A stretch of DNA of 64,000 nt from contig MHRT01000005.1 of assembly GCA_001821055.1 (NCBI GenBank), positions 156,378 through 220,377 of the forward strand, read 5' to 3'. This DNA is from Candidatus Taylorbacteria bacterium RIFCSPHIGHO2_12_FULL_45_16. GTDB lineage: Bacteria > Patescibacteriota > Minisyncoccia > Phycocordibacterales > PALSA-1337. Position numbers and translations under genes: made by a program. Shown here piece after piece: positions 1 through 9,563 of the stretch; position 1 is the stretch's first letter; every line of letters starts with the position of its first letter. The notes beneath the pieces are model-generated. The model ran no database searches. It was not told the DNA's origin and worked only from the letters and a program-made list of their open reading frames with translations.

Positions 1-1
1 A

Positions 2-1516
2 GTAACAGAAGCAGTCATCACTGTTCCGGCCTACTTCAACGATTCACAAAGACAAGCTACGAAAGATGCGGGTAAGATTGCTGGACTCGATGTAAAGCGC
101 ATTATAAATGAGCCAACGGCGGCGGCGCTTGCCTACGGCTTCAGCAAAAAGAAAAATGAAAAGATAGCTGTCTTCGACTTTGGAGGCGGTACTTTCGACA
201 TATCCGTCCTGGAGGTCGGAGATGATATCATCGAAGTCAAATCTACTGACGGCGACTCGCATCTCGGCGGACGCGACATCGATGCCAAGATCGTCAATTG
301 GTTGGCCGACACATTCAACAAAGAAAATGGTATCGACCTGAAGAAAGATCCATTGGCGCTGCAACGTCTCGATGAAGCCGCTGAAAAGGCCAAGATCGAA
401 CTATCTGCGGCTATGCAAACGGAGATCAACATCCCGTTCATTACGTCTGGAAGCGACGGGCCAAAACACTTACTTGTCGTCATGACACGCGCAAAGTTGG
501 AAGAAATGACCAAGGAATTCGTCGACCGCGCCATGGAGATCACCAAGCGCGCCGTCGAAGCTTCGCCGTTCAAAGTGGCTGAAATTAACGAAGTAGTTCT
601 GGTTGGCGGACAGACTCGCATGCCGGCACTTCAGGAAGCGGTCAAGAAGTTCTTCGGAAAAGATCCTCACATGGGTGTCAATCCCGACGAGGTGGTTGCG
701 GTTGGCGCCGCCATTCAAGGCGGAATATTGGGCGGTGATGTCAAAGATGTGCTCTTGCTTGACGTCATACCATTGTCGCTCGGAATTGAGACTATGGGTG
801 GTATCGCCACGAAACTCATAGAAAAAAATACCACGGTCCCTACCCAGCGTTCGCAGATCTTCTCAACCGCTGCAGATAATCAAGGTTCAGTTGAGATCCA
901 TATCACTCAAGGTGAGCGTGCCATGTCGGCTGATAACAAGTCGCTAGGCCGATTTATCCTAGATGGTATTCCACCAGCACCTCGCGGTACGCCGCAGATC
1001 GAAGTCAGCTTTGATGTTGACGCCAACGGTATATTGAACGTGACTGCCAAGAATAAAGCCACTGGCAAAGCCAATTCAATCAAGATTACAGCTTCTTCTG
1101 GCCTCTCCAAAGAAGAAGTTGAGAAAATGAAACAGGACGCGGCCAAGCACGAAGCAGAAGACAAAGCCAAGCATGAAGGAGTTGAAGCCAAAAATATAGC
1201 GGAGCAGTTGGTCTACACTGCGGAGAAAGCTATGAAAGATGCCGGTGAAAAAGTTCCTGCTGAATTGCGTGAGTCGATTGAGGATAAAATTGCGGATTTG
1301 AAGACGGCAAAAGATAATGCAAATCCAGATAAAGAAGCTATTAAAAAGGCGACTGGCGCATTGTCAGATGAGATACAGAAAATAGGGCAGTATATGAAAA
1401 ATGATCAGGCCGGTGCTGCTGGCGCGAATCCAAATAGTAACACAACGGGTGGAAATTCTGACGGAAAGGGTCCAGAAGGGGATGTTAAAGACGCGGAGTT
1501 TAAGGAGAAGAAGTAG
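2..1516 (+). CDS. dnaK: Molecular chaperone DnaK (Hsp70), 5' partial; continues upstream of the window
   Basis: Frame from nt 2 reads [46 protein letters not shown], then the substrate-binding and lid region; stop at 1514-1516. Canonical Hsp70 motifs. Confidence 0.9.
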   Translation, partial: VTEAVITVPAYFNDSQRQATKDAGKIAGLDVKRIINEPTAAALAYGFSKKKNEKIAVFDFGGGTFDISVLEVGDDIIEVKSTDGDSHLGGRDIDAKIVNWLADTFNKENGIDLKKDPLALQRLDEAAEKAKIELSAAMQTEINIPFITSGSDGPKHLLVVMTRAKLEEMTKEFVDRAMEITKRAVEASPFKVAEINEVVLVGGQTRMPALQEAVKKFFGKDPHMGVNPDEVVAVGAAIQGGILGGDVKDVLLLDVIPLSLGIETMGGIATKLIEKNTTVPTQRSQIFSTAADNQGSVEIHITQGERAMSADNKSLGRFILDGIPPAPRGTPQIEVSFDVDANGILNVTAKNKATGKANSIKITASSGLSKEEVEKMKQDAAKHEAEDKAKHEGVEAKNIAEQLVYTAEKAMKDAGEKVPAELRESIEDKIADLKTAKDNANPDKEAIKKATGALSDEIQKIGQYMKNDQAGAAGANPNSNTTGGNSDGKGPEGDVKDAEFKEKK

Positions 1517-1518
1517 GT

Positions 1519-1536
1519 GAGGTCGGACCTCCAGAT
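1519..1536. repeat. Copy of the GGTGAGGTC-S-GACCTCCAGAT palindromic motif directly after the dnaK stop; second locus at 31501-31534
   Basis: gaggtcggacctccagat here. The same 21 nt including the preceding ggt occurs at the rpoB-rpoC junction. The GAGGTC-N-GACCTC core is a palindrome. Confidence 0.6.
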
Positions 1537-2077
1537 AGAGCCATTTCTGGACAAAAAAAGATCTCTCCAGCTTCCCGGAGCGTGATGCTCGGGGGAGTGA
1601 AGAGGGGTCTTTGGGATATCGTTGTCATTTTTTCTCAGTGATTGCTTCACAAAGAGCAATTAGAGTGGCGCCTATGCCAATTACAGAGACAATGATTACG
1701 ACAGCGATTGAGAATCCGTCTAATGTGTGGTTAGCAATCGTGAAGGCGTAACCAATAAGTGAACCGAGACAAAGTGAGGCGATAATAATGGGACTGATCC
1801 ATCTATTGTCCATAATCGATTGATTGTTTGTTCTTTGTGAAAGATTACGTAAAACATCCCAAGATGCCTTGCGTAGCGGGATGAGACCTCGCTAAAACTG
1901 TTCAAAATCAAGATAACATAAAGAGGTGTGAAAGTTAAATTTGACAAATAACTATTTTCTGCTATCTTTATTGCACAAGTCGCCTCCGGACGTCGGCGGA
2001 TTTATTAAAAAATAAGTCCGCAAGCTGAAATGAATACGCTTACACTTATGCTTGTAGTATTAATTACAGGTATAGGA

Positions 2078-2106
2078 TTGCATTTGAATTTAATGATAAG
2101 TATATT
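2078..2106 (+). promoter_or_regulatory. Candidate sigma70-type promoter upstream of the dnaJ-like gene
   Basis: TTGCAT (2078-2083), 17-nt spacer, TATATT (2101-2106), about 45 nt upstream of the ATG at 2152. Confidence 0.35.
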
Positions 2107-2151
2107 TATTCTGATTCGATTGGCTCTCACGGCAACGTATATTAAACCAAA

Positions 2152-3093
2152 ATGAAAGACTATTATAAAACTCTCGGCCTAGAAAAAAACGCCTCCAAAG
2201 ACGACATCAAAAAGGCGTTTCGTAAAATGGCACATGAACATCACCCAGACAAGAATAAGGGCAATACCAGCTCTGAACAGAAATTCAAGGAAGCAAGCGA
2301 GGCATATTCGGTGCTTTCAGATGATAATAAACGAGCTCAATACGATCGATTTGGTTCAGCGGGACCTGGTGGAACTGGTTTCAATTCTGGCCAAGGCGGC
2401 TTTGGTGCTCAAGGATTCGGCGGCTTTGATTTTTCTCAATTCCAACAGGGAGGAGGATTTCACTTCAATCAAGGTGGGGTTGAGTTTGATCTTGGGGATA
2501 TTTTTGGAGAATTTTTTGGAGGAGGTAGCGGAGGGCGGGGACGTCGGCCACGCAAAGGCGCGAACATTACAGTGGATATGGAAGTATCGTTCAAGGATTC
2601 GATTTTCGGCGTGGAAAAGGAAATATCCGTAAATAACTCGAAGTTTTCCATAAAAATTCCTCCAGGAATAGAGAGCGGCCAAGGATTGCGTGTTGCGGGA
2701 AAGGGTGAGGATGGCCCCTCAACAAACTCGGGGCAAGGTACAAAAGGTGATTTGATTGTTCGTATTTGGGTAAAGGAACATCCCGTGTTTCGTAAAGAGG
2801 CATTCAATCTGATAATGGATTTGCCGATCAGATTGACGCTGGCTTTGACCGGTGGTTCTGTTGATATCGAAGCATTGGAAGGGAAGTTGGAAGTCAAAAT
2901 TCCAGCTGGCACTTCTCATGGTGAAATCTTGCGTGTCAAAGGCAAAGGCGTGCCGTATGAGACAACTGGCGGAATATTTGACACTGGCGGAAGGCGTGGG
3001 GACTTACTCATTGTGACACATGTGGAGATGCCAAAAAGACTAAGTAAGAGGGCCAAGGATTTGATTGATGAGTTGAAGGGGGAGGGAGTGTAG
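2152..3093 (+). CDS. dnaJ: DnaJ-family co-chaperone, class II/CbpA-like: J domain, G/F-rich region and C-terminal domains, but no Cys-rich zinc-finger
   Basis: N-terminal YYKTLGLEKNASKDDIKKAFRKMAHEHHPDKN with the HPD motif; long Gly/Phe tract; zero cysteines in 313 aa; C-terminal DnaJ substrate-binding-like region. Confidence 0.8.
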   Translation: MKDYYKTLGLEKNASKDDIKKAFRKMAHEHHPDKNKGNTSSEQKFKEASEAYSVLSDDNKRAQYDRFGSAGPGGTGFNSGQGGFGAQGFGGFDFSQFQQGGGFHFNQGGVEFDLGDIFGEFFGGGSGGRGRRPRKGANITVDMEVSFKDSIFGVEKEISVNNSKFSIKIPPGIESGQGLRVAGKGEDGPSTNSGQGTKGDLIVRIWVKEHPVFRKEAFNLIMDLPIRLTLALTGGSVDIEALEGKLEVKIPAGTSHGEILRVKGKGVPYETTGGIFDTGGRRGDLLIVTHVEMPKRLSKRAKDLIDELKGEGV

Positions 3094-3145
3094 TTTTAAC
3101 GATGTCCAATCTCGCTAATTAACTCCAATTTGCTATAATATTCAC

Positions 3146-4186
3146 ATGAAAAAAATTCTCCTATCAGGCGTCAAACCAACCGGTATCGCACATATCGGTA
3201 ATTATTTTGGGGCCATGAAGCAATTTGTTGATTTGCAGGATTTCCAAGATGGAACCTCAGATGGTTATCAATGTTACTTTATGATAGCCGATTATCATGG
3301 ACTTAATCTGATCCAAAATGGAGAAGAGATGAGGAGGTTAACTCTTGATCTTGCTCTTGATTACTTGGCAATTGGAATAGATCCCTCCAGATCAATTCTC
3401 TTCAAACAAAGTGACGTGTCGGCCCACACAGAGTTGACGTGGATTTTTGACACACTAGTCACGATTCCTTATTTGGCACGCGCTCACGCATTCAAGGCGG
3501 CAGTAGAAAAACTAACAGACGCCACAGTGGCACAGAGGCATCTCTCATCAAAATTGGAACAACTAACTGATATTAATGTCGGCACTTTCAATTATCCAGT
3601 TTTAATGGCTGCGGATATTCTTCTTTACGATACCGATGTTGTTCCTGTCGGCCAAGATCAGAAACAGCATGTAGAGTATGCCAGAGATATCGCGCTTAAG
3701 TTTAACCATACTTTCTGCCGAGATTCCATCTCGACGTTCAAACTGCCTGAGCCGTTGATAATAAAAGATGTCGCCGTTGTCCCAGGTATTGATGGACGCA
3801 AGATGTCCAAAAGTTACGGTAATACCATTCCGTTGTTTGCCACGCGCGGAGAAATCGAGGATGCCGTCATGTCCATTGTTACTGATTCCAATGTTACCGG
3901 AGCTGGTGGCATACCACCAAATATTTATAACATCCATAAACTATTCAAAAACGAGGCTGATTTAACACCTCTATATGATGCCCATAAAGGTCAATACAAG
4001 GCCCTTAAAGAGGCTCTAATTGAGGATATAGACGCTTTTTTGAAGCCAATGAGAGAAAGACGTGCCCAATTGAAGATAAATACCGATAAAGTGCTCGAAA
4101 TACTCAAAAACGGGGCTGAAAGAGCCGGAAAACAGGCTGATGCCAAGCTACTAGAAGTAAAAAAAATAATAGGGGTAACACCATAA
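3146..4186 (+). CDS. trpS: Tryptophanyl-tRNA synthetase
   Basis: Class I HIGH-like PTGIAHIGNYFG near the N-terminus; KMSKS motif (GRKMSKSYGN); 346 aa typical of TrpS. Confidence 0.85.
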   Translation: MKKILLSGVKPTGIAHIGNYFGAMKQFVDLQDFQDGTSDGYQCYFMIADYHGLNLIQNGEEMRRLTLDLALDYLAIGIDPSRSILFKQSDVSAHTELTWIFDTLVTIPYLARAHAFKAAVEKLTDATVAQRHLSSKLEQLTDINVGTFNYPVLMAADILLYDTDVVPVGQDQKQHVEYARDIALKFNHTFCRDSISTFKLPEPLIIKDVAVVPGIDGRKMSKSYGNTIPLFATRGEIEDAVMSIVTDSNVTGAGGIPPNIYNIHKLFKNEADLTPLYDAHKGQYKALKEALIEDIDAFLKPMRERRAQLKINTDKVLEILKNGAERAGKQADAKLLEVKKIIGVTP

Positions 4187-4235
4187 AATAAAGCGTTTTC
4201 GGCCTAAAATATCCCTCTAAAACACTGGTTTTCGC

Positions 4236-4280
4236 GTCTTCAGCAAATCTTTATCACTTCTTCAGCGAAACTTTATCGCT
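4236..4280. repeat. Tandem ~20-nt motif (cttcagcaaatctttatcac / ttcttcagcgaaactttatcgc), copy 1; inverted copy at 23967-24006
   Basis: The 41-nt block is near-identical to the reverse complement of 23967-24006. Both copies are intergenic. Confidence 0.6.
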
Positions 4281-4310
4281 GTCTGATATGGTGACGTTAT
4301 TACAAATACT

Positions 4311-4598
4311 TTGTCTTGTCAGATAGAGTTGAATAAAAATAACATCACAATGTCATTAGACCAAAAAGATATAGAACTTATCGAGCACCTGATGTTCAAA
4401 AACGCGGATGATATCGCCGTATCTATAGCTCGCAGTTTTGAGCGATTGGAGGAGCGTATTGACGCTAGTGAGTCTCGTCTTTATTCTCGCATGGCGGAGA
4501 TTGAAGATAAGGTAGAGGTGAGTCGGCAGGATATTTCGGATGTTATCGGAGAGATGAAGGAGGAAGTGAGAGAAGTGGTGAGAATGAGGGAAATGTAA
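4311..4598 (+). CDS. Hypothetical small coiled-coil protein
   Basis: 95-aa ORF, charged and helical (…LEERIDASESRLYSRMAEIEDKVEVSRQD…); no recognisable family. Start may be the internal MSLDQKD. Confidence 0.3.
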   Translation: MSCQIELNKNNITMSLDQKDIELIEHLMFKNADDIAVSIARSFERLEERIDASESRLYSRMAEIEDKVEVSRQDISDVIGEMKEEVREVVRMREM

Positions 4599-4620
4599 TT
4601 GCCAAGGTTCCACCTCGACA

Positions 4621-6024
4621 CTATTTCAGGATAACTCTAATCCCATCCTTGGTGTCAGTCACGACAAATCCACGTTCCTCGATCTCTTGTCGCAGGGCGT
4701 CGGATTTGACCCAATCTTTTTCAGCGCGAGCCTGTTCACGTGCTTCGACAAGTGCGGCAATGTCTGCCGGAACATCCTTGACTGTTTCTTCGGCAATGCC
4801 TTTGGCCGCGATCAGATTTAGACCTAGAACCTCATCAATGTTGATAATCGTGGCTTTTTTGTCGGCATCGGACAATTGTTTATCTCTCAAGATATCCCAG
4901 ACCAAAGCAATACCCTTTGGCGTGTCCAGATCATTGTTGATATAAGTTTGAAAATTTTCTTTATACGAAGTGGAGATGAATCCATCATCCGGAAGATTAC
5001 CGATCAAGCTGATCAAGCGTATTAAGGCATTTTGAGCGCCTTGGACAGCTTCCAAAGTGAAATTTGCAGGCGAACGGTAATGCGCGGTTAAAAGCCAGTA
5101 ACGGTAGGCAAGAGGTGATATAAATTGTTCCTTGAGTTCGGCCAGAGTCGCGAAGTTTCCGGCAGATTTTGACATTTTGGAATTATTCAATGTCACAAAT
5201 TCATTATGCATCCAATAATGTGCTAGTGGTCCATCATAGGCGGACTCAGATTGAGCGATCTCATTGTTGTGATGGATTGGGATATGATCCACGCCACCCG
5301 TATGAATATCAAACGGCTGACCGAGATATTTTCGTGACATCACGGAACATTCAATATGCCAGCCGGGGAGGCCTTTGCCCCACGGACTCTCCCAGCCTAA
5401 TTTCGCATCAAATTTCCAAACAGCAAAATCTCTTTGGGATCTTTTATCCGAATTCCAACCGACCCGCGATTGAATATCTGTTTGGTCGTCGATTTTTAAA
5501 GCAGTTTCCTTTAGTTTCCCCAACTTACCATAAGGCGTAAACTTGGCCGTGTCAAAATAAATGCCGTCCTCTGTCGGGTATGTGTATCCTTTTTGCTCCA
5601 GTATTTTGATGAAATCTATGTCATCCTCTATATGATCGCTGGCTCTAGGAAATTCCTGGGGCAATTTGATATTCAGGGATTTCAAATCGTCAACAAATTT
5701 TTCAAAATAAAAAGTCGCCACATCACGCATAGCTTCCAAGGTGAAAGGTTTACCTTCGCGTTTCAAGGCTTTTATCATCTTGTCCTCGCCGTCATCACCA
5801 TCTGTGACCAGATGACCAATGTCAGTAATATTGATGACTTGATGAACTTTGTAGGAATTGTATTCAAAAGTCCGACGCAAGATATCGGCGAAGACATAAG
5901 AACGCAGGTTACCAATATGGGCATAATCATATACCGTCGGTCCGCAATGATACATCGTAACCCATTCTTTTTTAATGAATGTTTCCTTATGGAGTGTAAG
6001 CGTATTATATAAATGTATATCCAT
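4621..6024 (-). CDS. cysS: Cysteinyl-tRNA synthetase
   Basis: MYHCGPTVYDYAHIGNLRSY (HIGH region); KMSKSAGN; WHIECS zinc-site motif. 467 aa. Confidence 0.9.
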   Translation of the reverse strand: MDIHLYNTLTLHKETFIKKEWVTMYHCGPTVYDYAHIGNLRSYVFADILRRTFEYNSYKVHQVINITDIGHLVTDGDDGEDKMIKALKREGKPFTLEAMRDVATFYFEKFVDDLKSLNIKLPQEFPRASDHIEDDIDFIKILEQKGYTYPTEDGIYFDTAKFTPYGKLGKLKETALKIDDQTDIQSRVGWNSDKRSQRDFAVWKFDAKLGWESPWGKGLPGWHIECSVMSRKYLGQPFDIHTGGVDHIPIHHNNEIAQSESAYDGPLAHYWMHNEFVTLNNSKMSKSAGNFATLAELKEQFISPLAYRYWLLTAHYRSPANFTLEAVQGAQNALIRLISLIGNLPDDGFISTSYKENFQTYINNDLDTPKGIALVWDILRDKQLSDADKKATIINIDEVLGLNLIAAKGIAEETVKDVPADIAALVEAREQARAEKDWVKSDALRQEIEERGFVVTDTKDGIRVILK

Positions 6025-6074
6025 AGCTGGTAACTGGTTGCTGGTAACTAGTTACTAGTAACCAGTTACCAGCT
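6025..6074. repeat. 50-nt near-perfect palindrome: 15-nt perfect arms agctggtaactggtt/aaccagttaccagct around a nested GTAACTAGTTAC palindrome. It lies between the corA-like stop and the cysS start codon.
   Basis: Read directly from the sequence. It abuts the cysS ATG at 6024, and no T-run follows on the transcribed minus strand. Confidence 0.7.
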
Positions 6075-6078
6075 ACTG

Positions 6079-7071
6079 TCAAACCCACCTTTTTTTCTTA
6101 AAAAATAACCAAATACCGCTGGTGATAGCGACCATCGCCACCAAAATACCGTACCAACCGAGGCCATGTCTGATGATCGGCACATTGATGGCTGGGATGG
6201 TGAACAGGGCGGCGATAAAAGTCATAGGTTGGAAGATAAAGGCGACCAAAGTTAACATTTTGATTATGTCATTCTGTTTTGTATTCAACAGGGAATCATT
6301 GGTCTCACGGAGATCAGTGAGCAATTCGCGGGCATTGGTGATAAGTTCACGGATCCGATTGAACTCGTCCCTGATATCTCTGGCATACACGAGAAAATCT
6401 TTACCGAATATCATAACCTCGTCGTAACGGATCATGTCTTCCCAAATATCTTGATGCACGCGGGCGGTTTGCTTGAAGTCAATAAGTTCACGACTGAGAT
6501 TGGAGAGAACTTCAACCATATCACGCTCGTCTCCGTTAAATATCCTGGTTTCAGCCGAAATAAGGGAGTCTTTGATGTTTTCCAAATCCTCAACCATGCC
6601 AGCGTATATACGCTTGACCATGTAATAAAATAAATGGCCAGCATGGTCCATCTTGTCGTCTTTTTTGAGGATGGAGTTGGCCTCAAAAATCTTCTTGAAG
6701 TATTCCAGCTGTTCGATGGTATCGACCCTAGAAGTGATGAGAAAGTTTTTGCCAATCACGAAGTCGACTTCACGATCGACGATCTCATATTCGCCTGACT
6801 TCGTCTGCACACGAACAGGCAAGGTGAGGACGACAAGCATATAATCTTTGTAAAAGTCCATTTTGGCCAACGATGACGAATTTTTTAGTTCTTCGCCGAC
6901 CAACGGATGAAGATCATATCGTTTGACCAAACCGGTAATCTCGTCGTCGGTCGGATTGGAAATGTCAAGCCAGACGATTCCATGAGATGCGTGATGTGTA
7001 ATCATGTCACTATTATAGCGACTAAATAAAAAAAAGAAAATGCCTTGTATATGAATTGAATCACCAAGCAT
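6079..7071 (-). CDS. CorA-family divalent cation transporter homologue with a non-canonical pore motif (TIP in place of GMN)
   Basis: The N-terminus (IVWLDISNPTDDEITGLVKRYDLHPLVGEEL … DYMLVVL) is typical of CorA. The C-terminal MLTLVAFIFQPMTFIAALF-TIP-AINVPII aligns with CorA …FIAGIY-GMN-FEYMPEL. Two C-terminal TM helices. Confidence 0.65.
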   Translation of the reverse strand: MLGDSIHIQGIFFFLFSRYNSDMITHHASHGIVWLDISNPTDDEITGLVKRYDLHPLVGEELKNSSSLAKMDFYKDYMLVVLTLPVRVQTKSGEYEIVDREVDFVIGKNFLITSRVDTIEQLEYFKKIFEANSILKKDDKMDHAGHLFYYMVKRIYAGMVEDLENIKDSLISAETRIFNGDERDMVEVLSNLSRELIDFKQTARVHQDIWEDMIRYDEVMIFGKDFLVYARDIRDEFNRIRELITNARELLTDLRETNDSLLNTKQNDIIKMLTLVAFIFQPMTFIAALFTIPAINVPIIRHGLGWYGILVAMVAITSGIWLFFKKKRWV

Positions 7072-7164
7072 TGGTTATTTAGTGATTATATGTAATAATG
7101 TCTTTGTTGCATCTTATAAGTGCGTGTTGGTTTTTTGTAACCATGTAACCAAATTTCATAATAC

Positions 7165-8370
7165 ATGAATCTCAATGATCGAAAACTTCTTATATTTCTA
7201 GTCGGGCTTCCAGTGGTGATAATCGTCTTCTTTGTCGGAGTATATGTTGGAGAAGACAAGTCCTATGTCCCAAATGCCGACGTGGGCGATGTCAGCGCGA
7301 TTACATCCGAGCAATTTCAGCCATATTGGAAAGTCTGGCATATTCTGGATGAAAAATTCGTCGAGTCCAGCAGTACGACGCCGCAACAGAAGATTTATGG
7401 CTCGATTCAGGGTTTGGCTTCTTCATATGGTGATCCGTATACTGTTTTTTTCCCACCGGTAGAATCAAAAATGTTTGAAGAAGATATCTCAGGCAATTTT
7501 GAGGGTGTAGGCATGGAGATTGGTATCAAAGACAAACAACTCCAAGTCGTCAGTCCACTCAAGGGAAGTCCAGCCGAGCGTGCCGGAGTCAAAGCGGGCG
7601 ATTTTATCTTAAAAATTGATGACAAAAACACCATGGATATGTCGGTTGACGCAGCAGTCAAACTTATTCGCGGCAAAAGCGGAACGACAGTCAAAATACT
7701 GTTCTTGACAAAGGGTGTTTCTAGGCCCGTTGAGCGCTCCATTGTTCGTGATGTGATCAATATTCCGACCATTGAAACAAGTACAAAGCCTGGTGGCATA
7801 TTTGTTATTCGTCTTTATAGTTTTACGGCACAATCGCACAATCTGTTTCGTAACGCCCTTCGTGAATTTGTCCTGTCAGACAATCACAAACTGATTCTGG
7901 ATCTTCGTGGCAATCCTGGTGGATATCTCGACGCGGCTTGGGATATGGCCTCATGGTTCTTACCGACCGGTTCAGTCATCGTCACGGAAGATTTTGGCAA
8001 AAACGGCGGCGAACCGCGTGTATATAGAAGTAAAGGATATAATATATTTAACAACAATCTCAAAATGATTATTTTGGTGGATGGAGGATCGGCGTCCGCT
8101 TCAGAGATTCTAGCTGGGGCGCTCAAAGAAAATAACATCGCCAAGCTTGTTGGAACTAAAACTTTTGGTAAGGGTTCCGTCCAACAGTTGATTTCAATTA
8201 CCTCCGACACCTCACTCAAAGTTACGATAGCTCGCTGGCTTACACCAGGTGGACACAACCTTTCACATGATGGATTGGAACCAGATTACAAAATCGAAGT
8301 GACAGAAAAGGATATCGAGGACAAAAAGGACGTGGCTATGGACAAGGCGGTGGAATTATTGAATAAATAA
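7165..8370 (+). CDS. ctpA: Carboxyl-terminal processing protease (S41 family) with a PDZ domain
   Basis: N-terminal TM; PDZ-like GVKAGDFILKIDDKNTMDMS; S41 motifs LDLRGNPGGYLD and DGGSASASEILAGAL. Confidence 0.8.
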   Translation: MNLNDRKLLIFLVGLPVVIIVFFVGVYVGEDKSYVPNADVGDVSAITSEQFQPYWKVWHILDEKFVESSSTTPQQKIYGSIQGLASSYGDPYTVFFPPVESKMFEEDISGNFEGVGMEIGIKDKQLQVVSPLKGSPAERAGVKAGDFILKIDDKNTMDMSVDAAVKLIRGKSGTTVKILFLTKGVSRPVERSIVRDVINIPTIETSTKPGGIFVIRLYSFTAQSHNLFRNALREFVLSDNHKLILDLRGNPGGYLDAAWDMASWFLPTGSVIVTEDFGKNGGEPRVYRSKGYNIFNNNLKMIILVDGGSASASEILAGALKENNIAKLVGTKTFGKGSVQQLISITSDTSLKVTIARWLTPGGHNLSHDGLEPDYKIEVTEKDIEDKKDVAMDKAVELLNK

Positions 8371-8450
8371 GAAGAGATTAGTGATTAATAATCAGAAATT
8401 GGAGATTGAAAAAAATAAAAATTTCGTTAATAAATTAATCAAAAGTCACC

Positions 8451-8924
8451 ATGAAAGTAATCCTCCTCAAAGATGTAGCCAAGCTTGGCCGAAAGTATGA
8501 CATCAAAACAGTCAGTGATGGCCATGCCATAAATTTGCTCATTCCTCAAGGCCTAGCCGTCACCGCCACACCCGAAGCAATCAAACGCAATGAAGTCTTG
8601 AGAGCGACCACTGAAGTGGAAAGGAAGGTACAGGAAGAACTTTTGTTTAAAAATATTGAAGGACTTGATGGCGTAACTATTACGATTGTAGGCAAGGCCA
8701 ACGACAAAGGTCATCTCTTTGCCGGTCTGCACAAGGAAGTTATCGCAGATGAGATCCAAAAGCAGACTAGATTGCAAATTGATCCATCATTCATCCAACT
8801 TGAGCATCCACTGAAAACAGTTGGTGAACATCTGGTCGAAGTGAGGGGACCCTCCTCCGTCGAAGGCTCCGGAGGGGCGAAAGGGAAGTTAGTGAAGTTG
8901 AAGGTGGTGGTTGAGAAAATGTAG
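8451..8924 (+). CDS. rplI: 50S ribosomal protein L9
   Basis: MKVILLKDVAKLGRKYDIKTVSDGHAINLLIPQGLAV, classic L9 N-domain. Length 157 aa with an acidic/Gly tail. Confidence 0.85.
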   Translation: MKVILLKDVAKLGRKYDIKTVSDGHAINLLIPQGLAVTATPEAIKRNEVLRATTEVERKVQEELLFKNIEGLDGVTITIVGKANDKGHLFAGLHKEVIADEIQKQTRLQIDPSFIQLEHPLKTVGEHLVEVRGPSSVEGSGGAKGKLVKLKVVVEKM

Positions 8925-9051
8925 GTAGATTCTAATAATATTACAAAATTTCCGTGGGGCGTGACTACATTCTTCAAAGATTCTGAAGGGAACCAGCTTG
9001 CAGTTGTGAGGGATGACAGATGAGTAATTTTATCCGATTATTTTTTTGTCC

Positions 9052-9324
9052 CTATTTCACATGCACGATTTTCTTTCTCAAAATATCATTGTTATAGCCG
9101 GTCTTACGCTTTGAGCCAAATTCAACAACACCTTCCTTGAGGGCAAAAAGGGTATAGTCTTTGCCTACGCCGACATTTCTGCCTGGAAGGCAGGTGGTAC
9201 CGCGCTGACGGAGAATGATTTGACCAGAAATTATGTTTTGGCCGTGATTGACTTTGACACCCAAATATTTTGGGTTTGAGTCGCGACCATTTTTTGTCGT
9301 GCCGGCGGCTTTCTTATGAGCCAT
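9052..9324 (-). CDS. rpmA: 50S ribosomal protein L27
   Basis: [43 protein letters not shown], near-universal L27 sequence. Confidence 0.9.
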   Translation of the reverse strand: MAHKKAAGTTKNGRDSNPKYLGVKVNHGQNIISGQIILRQRGTTCLPGRNVGVGKDYTLFALKEGVVEFGSKRKTGYNNDILRKKIVHVK

Positions 9325-9477
9325 GGAATTTATTTAAGTCACAAGTTAGAAAGTGACGTAAAAACAGCTTAACATAAGGGTATATTTAGTGCAAGGCAAA
9401 TATTAGCAAAGTCTACCCTAGCTATTTAGTGTCAAAAATACGGCTCTGTTTAGCCATATCGTAATGAAAATTAAGCT

Positions 9478-9506
9478 TGACTTTAGAGATCAGGGGTGCT
9501 ATACTG
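9478..9506 (+). promoter_or_regulatory. Candidate sigma70-type promoter upstream of 9564..10034
   Basis: TTGACT, 17-nt spacer, TATACT (ttgactttagagatcaggggtgctatact). Confidence 0.4.
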
Positions 9507-9563
9507 CTCTTACAAGAACGAAAGTAGTAGCCTCATGGTTATTAGCTTCGTTTTTTTAATTGT

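Noticed and set aside
1625-1947. Minus-strand ORFs of 62 and 75 aa downstream of dnaK.
   Set aside because: One is hydrophobic and could be a small membrane protein, but there is no RBS or family support and the frames overlap. Not called.
8948-9023. Short frames ending …FFKDSEGNQLAVVRDDR* (8948-9023) and MFQDSEGKYYRGREGTI* (10173-10226), sharing tcaagattctgaagg and faintly resembling the C-terminal F-x-DPDGN-x-ieL motif of VOC/glyoxalase proteins.
   Set aside because: They are too short (under 25 aa) and the similarity too weak to call gene remnants. Possibly just a small dispersed repeat.
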